DNA from: the human T2T-CHM13v2.0 reference genome, Homo sapiens
NCBI RefSeq assembly: GCF_009914755.1
Contig: NC_060936.1
Length of the DNA: 64,000 nt
Strand: one strand, 5' to 3'
Shown: positions 26,519 through 39,907 of the stretch, piece by piece
Position numbering within the stretch: position 1 is the stretch's first letter
How the letters are laid out: each line of letters begins with the position of its first letter
Notes under the pieces: generated by a model
Told to the model about the DNA's origin: nothing
Database searches by the model: none
Seen by the model: the letters and a program-made list of their open reading frames with translations, nothing else
Translations under genes and position numbers: made by a program

Positions 26519-28319
26519 CTCACTTGCTAAGAAGCTTATAAAAGCTCATGGGCATAATTAGTGACAATCAATAAATGCATTACATGTGCGAATATGATGT
26601 ATGAAGCCAAAAAAGAGATACTCTGAGAAAGACAGAGAAGAAGAGGGAAAGGTTTCCAAACTTTCTAGGCTTTCACTCTTCACATTTGCTCCATTGGAGC
26701 ATCGTCTGTCAGTGAATTCCTCTGAAAACTTTAAGTGGGTAGTTCTTATAGGCGTTCTTATCTATCGCTTTATCCTTGGACCTGTTAAGAGCAAAGCTGC
26801 TTTCTCAAAGTAGAGAAAGGGTCTCACCTGAAATACACCATCTTCTTGGGTGGCTGGAGAAAAACTCATATTCAGACCAGAATCTAGAACTGAGGGGAAG
26901 GCCCTAGGTGAGAGGCAGAATTAGCATTTTTCCTTGGCCCTGACCTTGAAGAACCTTAAGTGTCCGGGAAATCAGTGCTGACATCTAGGAAACCAGATTC
27001 CAGCATCAGGGAAGACAGAAATTGTCCTCCACATGGAGGCAGTGTAGGAACTGGATTGGGGCACTCAGGAGGACACAGAAGATTGGCATAGGTCTGGGAA
27101 TCCGGTGAGAGAGCTATCCAGGGTGGCATCAGAGACCTGGATCATGTATGCTGAACTTTTCTGCCTCTAATATCTTTATTTTACATTTGCCCCTAGAATT
27201 TGGTGAAGTCCTCCTGAAACTGCCAGCTTGTCTAAGCTGGACTGAGGGGAAGCAAAGGAAAGGGCTTATATCCACTCATGGGCCTGTGTTTTTCACAGCC
27301 TAATCCCTGTACCCTAGGAGCCAGGCTCAGGGGTGGCAGTGGACATCCTAATATGAGTGCTCCAAGAGAAAACCAAGCCACAATCCTTTGATCCCACCAT
27401 ACTTCCTCACCTGTCAGGTCCCTCCAGCCCTGCAAGAAAGATCTCTACAAAAGCACCCTCAGTTCTCCACCCCCAACCCTACCAACAAGTGTTACTGAAA
27501 ATAGCAACAGGGTCCAGGACTGTTGATAGCTGGTCTTTCCCAATATCTTCAACACAGTCCATGACTCTGAGCTTCCAGGTTCACTTCTTCCCTCTTGCAA
27601 CTCTAATTTGCATGTCATTCTCTGTTGGGCATCTATCTACTCATCCAAAAAAGAGCCAGACAAGCATAAACGGCAGAAACTCAATGCTGACTTTGGGACT
27701 CTGGCTTCAGAGCCTGTTGGGGAAGTCCCACCATTACTGGTGGACCAGTGCTTGGCATTAAGCCACCATTGGTGTCTTGTTGAACAATTTCCCCGTGGCA
27801 GGCAAAAAAAAAAAACAGTAACCCTCAGAGCCATGCAGGTCTGGCTGAGTATGCAGAGCGGGCAGAGCCTGGGGGGACTCAAGACCACAGCAGGAGCCCT
27901 GGGGCCTCCCTTTCTGGAGATCTAAGTCTTAACTACTATTCTAAAAATAGGATCTAAAAGCCAGAGGGCTCCCCAGTAGAGATTTAATGTAGACAGAGTG
28001 TGCAGAAAAAAGCATGAAATCAGAACTGACAGCAGATGGAAGGGCTAGGATGTTACTTCAAATACATGACCTGGACTCAAAATAGAGAGAAAATGATTCT
28101 CCACCACATCAGATTATTAAAGTCACCATCGCATCCCTAGCCACAGGTGCTCACTGCTCTAGGGCTGCTGTCTCCACTGTAATGAAGAGTCTGATTCTCA
28201 GGCTATAGCTAAGTGGACAAGAGCTACTCAGGGCAAGGGAAACTTGGGTATGATTGTTCTGGTACTGTGATGCCATTTATTACATTTTATTGTATTCTCA
28301 TTAAATTCACTCCCAGTAA

Positions 28320-28550
28320 TAATAAAACACAACATATACTGTCATTGACTATGTTGCAAACCCAATGCCAAGTAATTTAGATGAATTATCTCATTTAATC
28401 TTCACATCAACCCTGTGAAGTGGGCGCTATAATTATCCCCTTTTTAAAGATTATGAATCTGAAGTTTGGGGACTTTGAGTCATTAGCCCCATTGCTTGAC
28501 TCAAACCCCTGGCCATCTGACTCTTAAGTCTAAGCTCTGATGCTATACCA
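28320..28550 (-). mobile_element. MIR
   Basis: attatctcatttaatcttcacatcaaccctgtgaag...aattatcccc. Confidence 0.7.
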
Positions 28551-28587
28551 CTTCTGTAGACTGTAAGTACAAAGGCAGGAAAAGTGT

Positions 28588-29085
28588 CATTCATTCATCC
28601 ATCCAACAAATATTTTGAGCAACTACTATAGACTACTATAAGCTATTCTAAGTGTTAGGAGTACAGTAAGCAGACAACGTTGCTGTTTGTAAGAAGCTAA
28701 CATTCTGCACATGGGAAAACAGACAAGAAACAAGTGACCCAATCAATGAAAAAGATAAATCAGGTAGTGGTAAATACTAAGATTGCAATAAAATAAGCAG
28801 ATATGCTGGCTAGAGAATGACTAGGTTCAGGTGTGTGGCTGAGAGGGCGAGTGTGACTTCAACCTCAGTGACTGGGGAAGATCTTCCTTAGGAGATAACA
28901 TTTAAGCTGAAACCTGCAAGTTAAGAAAGAAAGAGTCATGTGAAGATCTGGGGAAAGAGAATCCCAGGCAAGGGCCTGAGCCATGTTTAAGAAATAGAAA
29001 GAGGCTCATGTGGCCGGAGCAAAATGAACAAGGAGGATATTCCACCTGATGCTGGAGATGAGGTTTTATTTTCAGTGTAACCGTA
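28588..29085 (-). mobile_element. L2 3' fragment
   Basis: cattcattcatccatccaacaaatattttgagcaactactat. Confidence 0.7.
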
Positions 29086-29417
29086 AGCCAATGTTGTCTC
29101 CTTTACCACTGAATCTATAGCACTTAGTGATGTGTTCAAGGTATATGTTAATTGTCACTGAATAAAATGTTTGCTGCATGAAGAAATGAAAGAGTGAACA
29201 ATACCCAGCTTTCAGCTCAAAAGAAAAAGTTACAGAATGATGTACCCTGTAGAGGACTAAGAACCTGATCTAAAGCCCAAGATGCAGAGTCCTTCCTTCC
29301 CCCTCTGCTGCACACTGAGTGGGTGGCTAGACTCCCCAGAGATACTGCAGAACTGTGAACAGCAAGTCAAAGTTTATTATGTTACATATAAGGAGTAGAA
29401 GATGGTCATGCCATTGC

Positions 29418-29446
<29 letters not shown>
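29418..29446. repeat. (TG)n microsatellite
   Basis: Direct reading. Confidence 0.95.
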
Positions 29447-29450
<4 letters not shown>

Positions 29451-29836
29451 GCTCAAAATCTGCACAATAGCTTCCTTGCTTGGCCGGGTGCATGATCCTT
29501 TTCAAACTCTGAAGAACAAAATGTATATAACACATAGGAGGCAATATCCCTGGGGACTGTAGCCCTCATTTCTGGGTGACAAATTCTGAAGAGTCATGCT
29601 TGCTACTTCCAAGGGATCCAAGCATGAACAGGAAGGAAACTTGGCAAAGAATCACACCAGCCTTCTCAGGGACAAGGGATGACACGCTTAAGCCAGTCTA
29701 TACCTAACACAGTTTGTCTGGCTCATGTTTTGCCCTCCTTCATAGTGCTTATGATATGTCAATGTGATAAAAATGAGTTTCTGATGATCTCCAAGCCACA
29801 GATTCATGATAGGAAGCAAGCATGCAGGCCATTTTA

Positions 29837-30226
<390 letters not shown>

Positions 30227-30801
30227 TCAATGAACTTTAATTGCCTTATATCTTTTCCATTTTTTCCCTACCATGCTCCCACCTCCACTGGCACTCCAAG
30301 TTGGAAGCAGATCTGGCTTTTGAATTAGTTTTACTACAATTAGCAGTGCAACCTCAGTCAAACTACTCAACTTCTATGTGTCTCAGTGAGCCAGATTCTG
30401 TAAAATTAAGAGAATAGTGTTGAGAAGATAAAATGCATAAAGCACCAGAGCACCTAACTCACTTCTGGCATCTATTCAGCACTCCTCCTTCCCATCCTTC
30501 TCCCCAAATCCAAAGGCCCCACTCCCTTTGTTCTCTAAGGACATTAAATAGCACAGAGAGAAGATACTCACAAAAAATATTTCTCATGAAGGTGTTATTA
30601 ATAATATTCAATAACATCAATTTTATGTTTCCTTTCCAAGCAATATTTAAAGTTTAATCCACAGCAAAGAATTCCTAGCTAAGGGATTTTATGCCATGTA
30701 GTCATATTGGCAAAAAGTAAGAAAGTCTTTACCAAATACAGTACAAGCCAACTGGGGTTATGAATGAGTTTACCATGCCATTATCCCCACTTCCATATGA
30801 T

Positions 30802-30855
30802 GCTATCATAGTTCATTCAAATGAAGAGGCTATCATAGTTCATTCAAATGAAGAG
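30802..30855. repeat. Perfect 27-bp tandem duplication
   Basis: gctatcatagttcattcaaatgaagag x2. Confidence 0.95.
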
Positions 30856-32365
30856 GAAAAACCACCTAAAGCTTGGGAAGTGCAAATCTTAGGCAGACCA
30901 AACATAATTATTGACTCTTGGAGATAAAAAAAATTCATTAACTCAGAAAAGAAACTCTATTCACAGTTCTTCAGCCAGATTCACATTCATGCTGACTTTA
31001 ATAAATGTTGTGAGGGGATCTGGCAAGATGGCCGAATAGGAACAGCTCCAGCCTGCAGCTTCCAGCACGACCAATGCAGAAGGTGGGTGATTTCTGCATT
31101 TCCAACTGAAATACCCTGTTCATCTCACTGGGCCTGATTAGGCAATGGGTGCAGCCCACGGAGGGCAAGCAGAAGCAAGGTGGGGCATCGCCTCACCCAG
31201 GAAGTGCAAGAAGCAGGGGGCCTCCCTTTCCCAGCCAAGGGAAGCCATGAGGGACTGTGCTGCTCGGCCTGGATACTAGGCTTTTCCCACAGTTTTTGCA
31301 ATCCACAGACAAGAAGACTCCCTCGTGTGCCTATACCACCTGGACCCTGGGTTTCAAGCACAAAACTGGGCAGCTGCTTGAGCAGACACCGAGCTAGCTG
31401 CAGGAAGTTTTTTTTTTTGTACCCCAAAAATGACTGGAACCCCAGCAAGATAGAAACGTTAATTCCCCTGGACAGGGGGCTGAAGCAAGGGAGCCAAGTG
31501 GTCTCGCTCAGTGGGGTCCCAATCCCACAGAGCCCTGCAAGCTAAGAACCACTGGCTTGAAATTCTAACTGCCAGCACGGCAGTCTGAAGTCGACCTGGT
31601 ATGATCAAGCTTGGTGGGCTGGGGGCGGGGGGTGGGCGCATCCGCCATTACTGAGGCTTGAGTAGACCGTTTTCCCCTAACAGTGCTAACGAAGCCTGGA
31701 AGTTGAGACTGGGTGAAACTCAACACAGTGCGACAAAGTGGCTGTGGCCAGACTGCCTCTCTAGATTCCTCTTCACTAGGCAGGGCAAATCTGAAAGAAA
31801 GGCAGCAGTCCGAGTCAGGGGCTTATAGATAAAACTCCCATCTTCCTGTGACAGAGCACCTGGGGAAAGGGATGGCTGTGGGCACAGTTTCAGCAGACTT
31901 AAACATTCCTGCCTGCCGGCTCTGAAGAGAGCAGTAGATCTTGACAAGGAGGGTTCTTCCAGCACAGCACTCGAGCTCTGCTAAGGGACACATTGCCTCC
32001 TCAAGTGGGTCCCTCGCCCCCCTGTCTCCTGACTGGGAGAGACCTCTCAAAAGGGGTTGACATAAACCTCATACAGGGAAGCTCTGGCTGGCATCAGGTG
32101 CCCCTCTGGGATGAAGCTTCCAGAGGAAGGAGCAGGCGGCAATCTTTGCTGTTCTGCAGCCTTCCCTGGTGATACTCAGGTAAACAAGGTCTGGAGTGGA
32201 CCTCCAGCAAACTGCAGCAAACCTGCAGAAGAGGGGCCTGACTGTTAGAAGAAAAACTAACAAACAGAAAGCAATAACATCAACATCAACAAAAAGGACC
32301 CGCACACAGAAATTCCAACCAAAGGTTATCAGCCTCAAAGATTAAAGGAAGATAAATCCACGAAG

Positions 32366-33370
32366 ATGAGGAAAAACCAGCATAAAAATGCTGAAAATTC
32401 CAAAAATCAGAATGCCTCTTCTCCAAATGATCACAACTCCTCTCCAGCAATGGCACAAAATTGGACAGAGAATGAGTTTGACGAATTAACAGAAGTAGGC
32501 TTCAGACGGTGGGTAATAACAAACTCCTCTGAGCTAAAGGAGCATCTTCTAACCCAATGTAAGGAAGCTAAGAACCTTGACAAAAGGTAACAGGAACTGC
32601 CACCTAGAATAACTAGCTTAGAGAAGAAGATAAATGACCTGATAGAGCTGAAAAACACAGCATGAGAACTTCATGAAGCATACATAAGTATCAATAGCCG
32701 AATCAATCAAGCAGAAAAAAGGATATCAGAGATTGAAGAACAACTTACTGAAATAAGGCGTGAAGACAAGATTAGAGAAAAAAGAATGAAAATGAACGAA
32801 CGAAGCCTCCAAGAAATATGGGACTATGTGAAAAAACCAAACCTACGATTGATAGGGGTACCTGAAAGTGATGGGGAGAATGAAACCAAGTTGGAAAACA
32901 CACTTCAGGATACTATCCAGGAGACAGGCCAACATTCAAATTCAGGAAATACAAAGAACACTACTAAGATACTCCTTGAAAAGAGCAACCCCAAGACACA
33001 TAATTGTCAGATTCACCAAGGTTGAAATGAAGGAAAAAATGTTAAGGGCAGCCAGAAAGAAAGGTCAGTTTACCTACAAAGGGAAGCCCATCAGACTAAC
33101 AACAGATCTATCAGCAGAAACCCTACAAGCCAGAAGAGTGTGAGGGCCAGTATTCAACATTCTTAAAAAAAAGAATTTTCAACCCAGAATTTCATATCCA
33201 GCCAAACTAAGTTTCATAAGTGAAGGAGAAATAACAGCCTTTACAGACAAGCAAATGCTGAGGGATTTTGTCACCACCGGGCCTGTCTTACAAGAAGCTC
33301 CTGAAGGAAGCACTAAATATGGAAGGAAAAACTGGTACTAGCAACTGCAAAAACACACCAAAATATAAAG
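32366..33370 (+). pseudogene. L1 ORF1p remnant (stops, frameshifts)
   Basis: MRKNQHKNAENSKNQ..., SLQEIWDYVKKPNLRLIGVPE, TPRHIIVRF, GKPIRLTTDLSAETLQARR. Confidence 0.9.
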
Positions 33371-33431
33371 ACCAATGAAACTATGAAGAAACTGCCTCAA
33401 CTAATGTGCAACATAACCAGCTAGCATCATA

Positions 33432-36400
33432 ATGACAGGATCAAATTCACACATAACAATATTAAACTTAAAAGGGCTAAATGCCCCAATTAAAAGACAC
33501 AGACTGGCAAACTGGATAGTAAAGACCCACTGGTGTGCTGTATTCAGGAAACCCATCTCACATGCAAAAAGACACACATAGGCTCAAAACAAAGGGATGG
33601 AGGAATATTTACCAAGCAAATGGAAAGCAAAAAAAGCAGGGGTTGCAATCCTAGTCCCTGATAAAACAGACTTTAAACAAACAAAGATTAAAAAAAAGAC
33701 TAAGAAGGGCATTATATAATGGTAAAGGGATCAATGCAACAGGAAGAGCTAACTATCCTAAATATATATGCACCCAATACAGGAGCACCCAGATTCATAA
33801 AACAAGTTCTTAGAGACCTAAAAAGAGACTTAGATTCACACTCAGTAATAGTGGGAGACTTTAATACCCCACTGCCAATATTAGATCAATGAGACAGAAA
33901 ATTAACAAGGATATTCAGGATTTGAACTCAGCTCTGGACCAAGCAGGCCTAATAGATATCTACAGAACTCTCCACCCCAAATCAATAGAATATACATTCT
34001 TCTCAGCACCACATAGCACTTATTCTAAAATTCACCACAAAATTGGAAGTAAAACACTCCTCAGGAAATGGAAAAGAATGGAAATCATAACAAACAGTGT
34101 CTCAGACTACAGTGCAATCAAATTAGAACTCAGGATTAAGAAACCAACTCACTCAAAACTGCACAACTAGATGGAAACTGAGCAACCTGCTCCTGAATGA
34201 CTACCAGGTAAATAATGAAATTAAGGCAGAAATAACAAAGTTCTTTGAAACCAATGAGAACAAAGAGACAACATACCAGAATCTCTGGGACACAGCTAAA
34301 GCAGTGTTTAGAGGGAAATTTATAGCACTAAATGCCCACATGAGAAATCAGAAAAGATCTAAAATCACTCTAACATCACAATTAAAAGAACTAGAGAAGC
34401 AAGAGCAAACAAATTCAAAAGCTAGCAGGAGAGGAAATAACTAAGATCAGAGCAGAACTGAAGGAGATGCACAAAAAACACTTCAAAAAAAAAATCAATG
34501 AATCCAAGAGCTGTTTTTTTTAAAAAAAAATTTAACAAAATAGACTGCTAGCGAGACTAATAAAGAAGAAAAGAGAGAAGCAGCAAACAGACACAATAAA
34601 AAATGATAAAGGGGATATCACCACTGATCCCACAGAAATTCAAACTACCATCAGAGAATACTATAAACACCTCTACACAAATAAAGAAAATCTAGAAGAA
34701 ATGGATAAATTCCTGGACACATACACCCTCCCAAGACTAAACCAGGAAGAAGTTGAATCCCTGAAAAGACCAATAACAAGTTCTGAAATTGAGGCAGTAA
34801 TTAATAGCCTATCAATGAAAAAATGTCCAGGACCAGACGGATTCACAGCCAAATTCTACCAGAGGTACAAAGAGGAACTGGTACCAATCCTTCTGAAACT
34901 AATCCAAACAACAGAAAAAGAGGGACTCCTACCTAACTCGTTTTATGAGTTTGGAATCATCCTGATTCCAAAACCTGGCAGAGACACAACAAAAAAGAAA
35001 ATTTCAGGCCAATATCCCTGATAAACATCGATGTGAAAATCCTCAATAAAATACTGGCAAACCAAATCAAGCAGCACATCAAAAAGCTTATCCACCATGA
35101 TCAAGTCAGCTTCATCCCTGGGATGCAAGGCTGGTTCCACATATGCATATCAATAAACATAATCAATCACATAAACAGAACCAATGACAAAAACCACATG
35201 ATTATTTCAATAGATGCAGAAAAGGCCTTCAATAAAATTCAACACCCCTTCATGCTAAAAACACTCAATAAACTAGGTATTGATGGAACATATCTCAAAA
35301 TAATAAGAGCTGCTCATGACAAACCCATAGCCAATATCATACTGAATGGGCAAAAGCTGGAAGCATTCCCTTTGAAAATCGGCACAAGACAACGATGCCC
35401 TCTCTCACCACTCCTATTCAACATAGTGTTGAAAGTTCTGGCCAAAGCAGTCAGGCAAGAGAAAGAAATAAAGGGTATTCAAACAGGAAGACAGGAAGTC
35501 AAATTGTTTCTGTTTGCAGACAGCATGATTGTATATTTAGAAAACCCCACTGTCTCAGCCCCAAAACATTTTAAGCTGATAAACAACTTCAGCAAAGTCT
35601 CAGGATAAAAAATCAATGTGCAAAAATCACAAGCATTCCTATACACCATTAACAGACAAGCAGAGAGCCAAATAATGAGTGAACTCTCATTCACAATTGC
35701 TACAAAGAGAATAAAATACCTAGGAATACAACTCACAAGGGACGTGAAGAACCTCTTCAAGGAGAACTACAAACCACTGCTCAAGGAAATAAAAGAGGAC
35801 AAAAACAAATGGAAAAAAATTCCATGCTCACAGATAGAATCAATATCATGAAAATGGCCATACTGTCCAAAGTAATTTATAGATTCAATGCTATTCCCAT
35901 CAAGCTACCAGTGACTTTCTTAACATAACTAGCAAAAATTACTTTAAATTTCATATGGAACCAAAAAAGAGCCCGAATTGCCAAGACAATCCTAAGCAAA
36001 AAGAACAAAGCTGGAGGCATCATGCTACCTGACTTCGAACTATACTACAAGGCTACTATAACCAAAACGGCATGGTACTGTTACCAAAACAGATATACAG
36101 ACCAATAGAACAGAACAGAGGCCTCAGAAATAACACCACACATCTACAACCGTCTGATCTTTGGCAAACCTGACAAAAACAAGCAATGGGGAAAGGATTC
36201 TCTATTTAATAAATGGTGCTGGGAAAACTGGCTAGCCATATGCAGAAAACTGAAACTGGACCCCTTCCTTACACCTTATACAAAAATTAACTCAAGATGG
36301 ATTAAATACTTAAATGTAAAACCTAAAACCATAAAAACCTTAGAAGAAAAGCTAGGCAATACCATCCAGGACATAGGCATGGGCAAAGACTCCATGACTA

Positions 36401-37238
36401 AAACACCAAAAGCAATTGCACCAAAAGCCAAAATTGACAAATGGGATCTAATTAAACTAAAGAGCTTCTGCTCAGCAAAAGAAACTATCATCAGAGTCAA
36501 CAGCCAACCTACAGAATGGGAGAAAATTTTTGCAATCTATCCATCTGACAAAGGGCTAATATCCAGAATCTACAAGGAACTTAAATTTACAAGAGAAAAA
36601 AAACAAACAACTCCATCAAAAAGTGGGTAAAGGATATGAACAGACACTTCTCAAAAGACAACATTTATGTGGCCAACAAACATGAAAAAAAAGCTCATCA
36701 TCACTGGTCACTAGAGAAATGCAAATCAAAACCACAATGAGATACCATTTCACACCAGTTAGAATGGTGATCATTAAAAAGTCTGGAAACAACACATGCT
36801 GGAGAGGATGTGGAGAAATAGGAATGCTTTTACACTGTTGGTGGGAGTGTAAATTAGTTCAACCATTGTAGAAGACAGTGCGGCGAGTCCTCAAGGATCT
36901 AGAACCAGAAATACCATTTGACCCAATAATCCCATTACTGGGTATATACCCAAAGGATTATAAATCATTCTACTATAAAGACACATGCACATGTAGGTTT
37001 ATTGCAGCACTATTTACAATAGCAAAGACTTGGAACCAACCCAAATGCCCATCAATGATAGACTGGATACAGAAAATATGGCACATATACACCATGGAAT
37101 ACTATGCAGCCATAAAAAAAGGATGAGTTCATGTCCTTTGCAGGGACATGGATGAAGCTGGAAACCATCATCCTCAGCAAACTAACACAAGAACAGAAAA
37201 CCAAACACTGCATGTTCTCATTCATAAGCAAGAGTTGA
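33432..37238 (+). pseudogene. L1 ORF2p (endonuclease/reverse transcriptase) remnant
   Basis: Fragments include [28 protein letters not shown] (FADD mutated) and C-terminal HIYTMEYYAAIK; multiple disruptions. Confidence 0.92.
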
Positions 37239-38174
37239 ACAATGAGAACACATGGACACAGGAAGGGGATCATCACACACTGGGGCCTGTCAGGGGGTTG
37301 GGGAAAGAGGAGGGAGAGCATTAGGACAAACATCTAATGCATGCAGGGCTTAAAACCTAGATGACAGGTTGATAGGCGCAGCAAACCACCATGGTACATG
37401 TATACCTATGTAACAAACCTGCATGTTCAGTACATGTACCCCAGAACTTAAAGTAAAATAAAATATAAGGGCCAATAACAAGTTAAAAAAATAATAATTT
37501 AAAAAATTAATTATTTTTTAAATTATTATTATTAATTGAGAGCAGGCTTGCAAAAGTCCAGCCTGCTCTCAAACAGCTGACTAGCCACAATGTATGTTCT
37601 TACAAGTCTCTCTGCTTTCGCATTCCGTCTTCTCTCTGTCTGGAAAATTCCTATCATCTTTTCTGCACCTGGAAAAAAAATTCTATTCATCTTTGAAGGC
37701 CTAGTTCAAATGTCACCTTCTCTGTAAAACATTTCAAATATTCATGCAATTGTCCAGCAAAATTAGTCACATAACTCCTTACTTCTTAGTATTTCATTCC
37801 TACCTTTGGAATAAGGCTTACCAGAGTTTATTCACAAATCATATTGTAGTACAGTTAATGGTTGTGCTCTCTTTCCCACAGTAAATGGTGAGCAATTTGG
37901 AGGGTAAGAACCCTGCTTTATTTAAGTTTGTATTCCTGGTATCATGCATTGTGCCTGCATATGTGTGTCCTTAGTAAATGTTGGTAGAATTGAATTCATT
38001 AGCTTTAGGACAAGTACTGAATGTCTCCAAGTTGCAGTTTCCTCCTCTATAAAAGATGACAAAGATATCTACAACAAAATATTAGTGTCCAGACTCAATC
38101 ACGTAGCAAATGTAAAATACTATCTTGTACCCAGGATTGACCCTTGTAATTAGCTCACAAGGAGCTTATTAAAT

Positions 38175-38960
38175 TTATCTATTCAGTAAAATTATTTAGA
38201 CATTTTCTTTAGCACATCCTCATCAACAACACAGGAATGACCTTGATCTCATGAAGTTCACATCTCAGAGGGATAAAACAGCTAACGGCTAAACAAATAA
38301 ATATGCCAGAAAATATTAGAGATAAAGGCTTTGAAGAAAATTCAGAAGAGTACTGATAATGAAAGTTACTTGAGTAAAGAAAGTGTCAAGGAAGGCTTCT
38401 CAGAGGAGGTAATGTTTAAGTGGATGTTTAATCCACATGACCAAAAGTAACCCTGTGATCAAATGAGAGAAAAGCATGCGGGGCTCTGCAACAGCAAGTG
38501 CAAAGTCCCTGTGGCAGGTACAAGATTGGGGTACTCAAGAAAAAATGAGGCAAATGTGATGGGAGCATTTTCAACTTAAGGGAAGTGTAGAAGAGATGCA
38601 GTTGCAGAAGTAGATGGGGGACAGATCATGTTGGGGACTTAATAGGCCATGGTAAAGGATTCACATATCATTCAAAGTACAATGGAAAACTATATAGAGG
38701 TTCTTAATCAGAGTAGTGACACGAACTAATTTATGTTTTTAAAAGTTTAACAATTGTTTACAGAATGGATTATGGAGGCAAAAATTGAAGCAGAGAGACC
38801 AGCTAGGAAGATCCTACAGTAGTCCAAGATGATGTTTACTTGACACAGGCTGATAGAAGTGAATACTGAGAGGAGAGCAACTGAATATGTTACAGAGACA
38901 AAAGCATGATGACTTACCAATGGAGAGTGAAGAGAAGTAAGGAATCAAGGACAATGAAGG
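38175..38960 (-). mobile_element. L2 fragment
   Basis: tcaaggaaggcttctcagaggagg...cagcaagtgcaaagtccctgtggcagg...gaagcagagagaccagctaggaag. Confidence 0.65.
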
Positions 38961-38961
38961 G

Positions 38962-39723
38962 TGTCTTAGTCTATTCAGGCTTCCCTAGCAATTACCATAA
39001 ACTGGGTGGCTTATAAACAACAGAAATTTATTCTCACAGTTCTGGAGGCAGGGAAGTCCAAGATCAAGGTACTGGCAGATTCAGTGTCCATTAAGAGTCC
39101 ATTTCCTCATAGATAGTGCCTTCTTGCTGCTTCTTCATATGGTGGGACAAGACAGCTCTCCAGGGCCTCTTTAAGGGGACTCCTCCTATTCACAAGGCTT
39201 CTGCCATCACGACTGTATTAGTCTGATCTCACATTGCTATAAAGGAATACCTGAGACTGGGAATTTATAAAGGAAGGAGGTTTAATTGGCTCATAGTGCT
39301 GCAGGCTGTGCAGCGGTTAGTGGCTTCTGCTTCTTGGGAGGCCTCAGGAAGCTTCCAGTCATGGCAGAAGGCAAAGGGGGAGCAGGCACGTCACATGGAG
39401 AAAGCAAGAGCAAGAGAGAGAGGGGCTACACACTTAAATAACCAGATCTCATGAGCACTCACTTGCTATGGTGAGGACACCACCAAGGGGGATGGTGCTA
39501 AGCCATTCCTGAGAAATCTGCCCCCATGATCCAGTCACCTCCCACTAGCCTCCACCTCCAACACTGGAGATTACATTTCAATATGAGATTTGGGTGGGGA
39601 CACATATCCAAACCATCTCAATGACCCAATTATCTCCCAAAGCTTACCTCCTAATACCATCACCTTGGTAATTAGGTTTTCAACAAATCACTCTGAGAGG
39701 ACACAAATGTTCAGATCATAGCA
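38962..39723 (-). mobile_element. MLT1A solo LTR split by MSTA
   Basis: tgtcttagtctattcaggct...; resumes ccaattatctcccaaag...ttcagatcatagca. Confidence 0.8.
39214..39620 (-). mobile_element. MSTA solo LTR
   Basis: tgtattagtc...catatccaaaccatctca; TSD acgac/atgac. Confidence 0.88.
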
Positions 39724-39843
39724 CAGAGTTTTTGACTCAAGCTTCTAGGTGAGATTAAGCTTGAAAGTAAAGAAAATATTTTAAAACTATTAGTGGTAGA
39801 TGTACTTCCCTATTTCTCCTAAGTACAGTTAAAAACACTGGAC

Positions 39844-39845
<2 letters not shown>

Positions 39846-39907
<62 letters not shown>

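Larger units (their letters stand above)
31013..37465 (+). mobile_element. Full-length inactive LINE-1, L1PA7-like
   Basis: 5' caagatggccgaataggaacagc (YY1 site), ~1.35-kb 5'UTR, ORF1 and ORF2 remnants, 3'UTR gcattaggacaaa...cttaaaacctagatgac. Confidence 0.95.

Noticed and set aside
26640-26870. Minus-strand splice-like signals (tttttctccag..CAG|gtgaga; ctcttaacag|G)
   Set aside because: Implied intron is under 50 nt, no recognisable protein, no supporting exon chain. A lncRNA exon cannot be excluded without RNA data.
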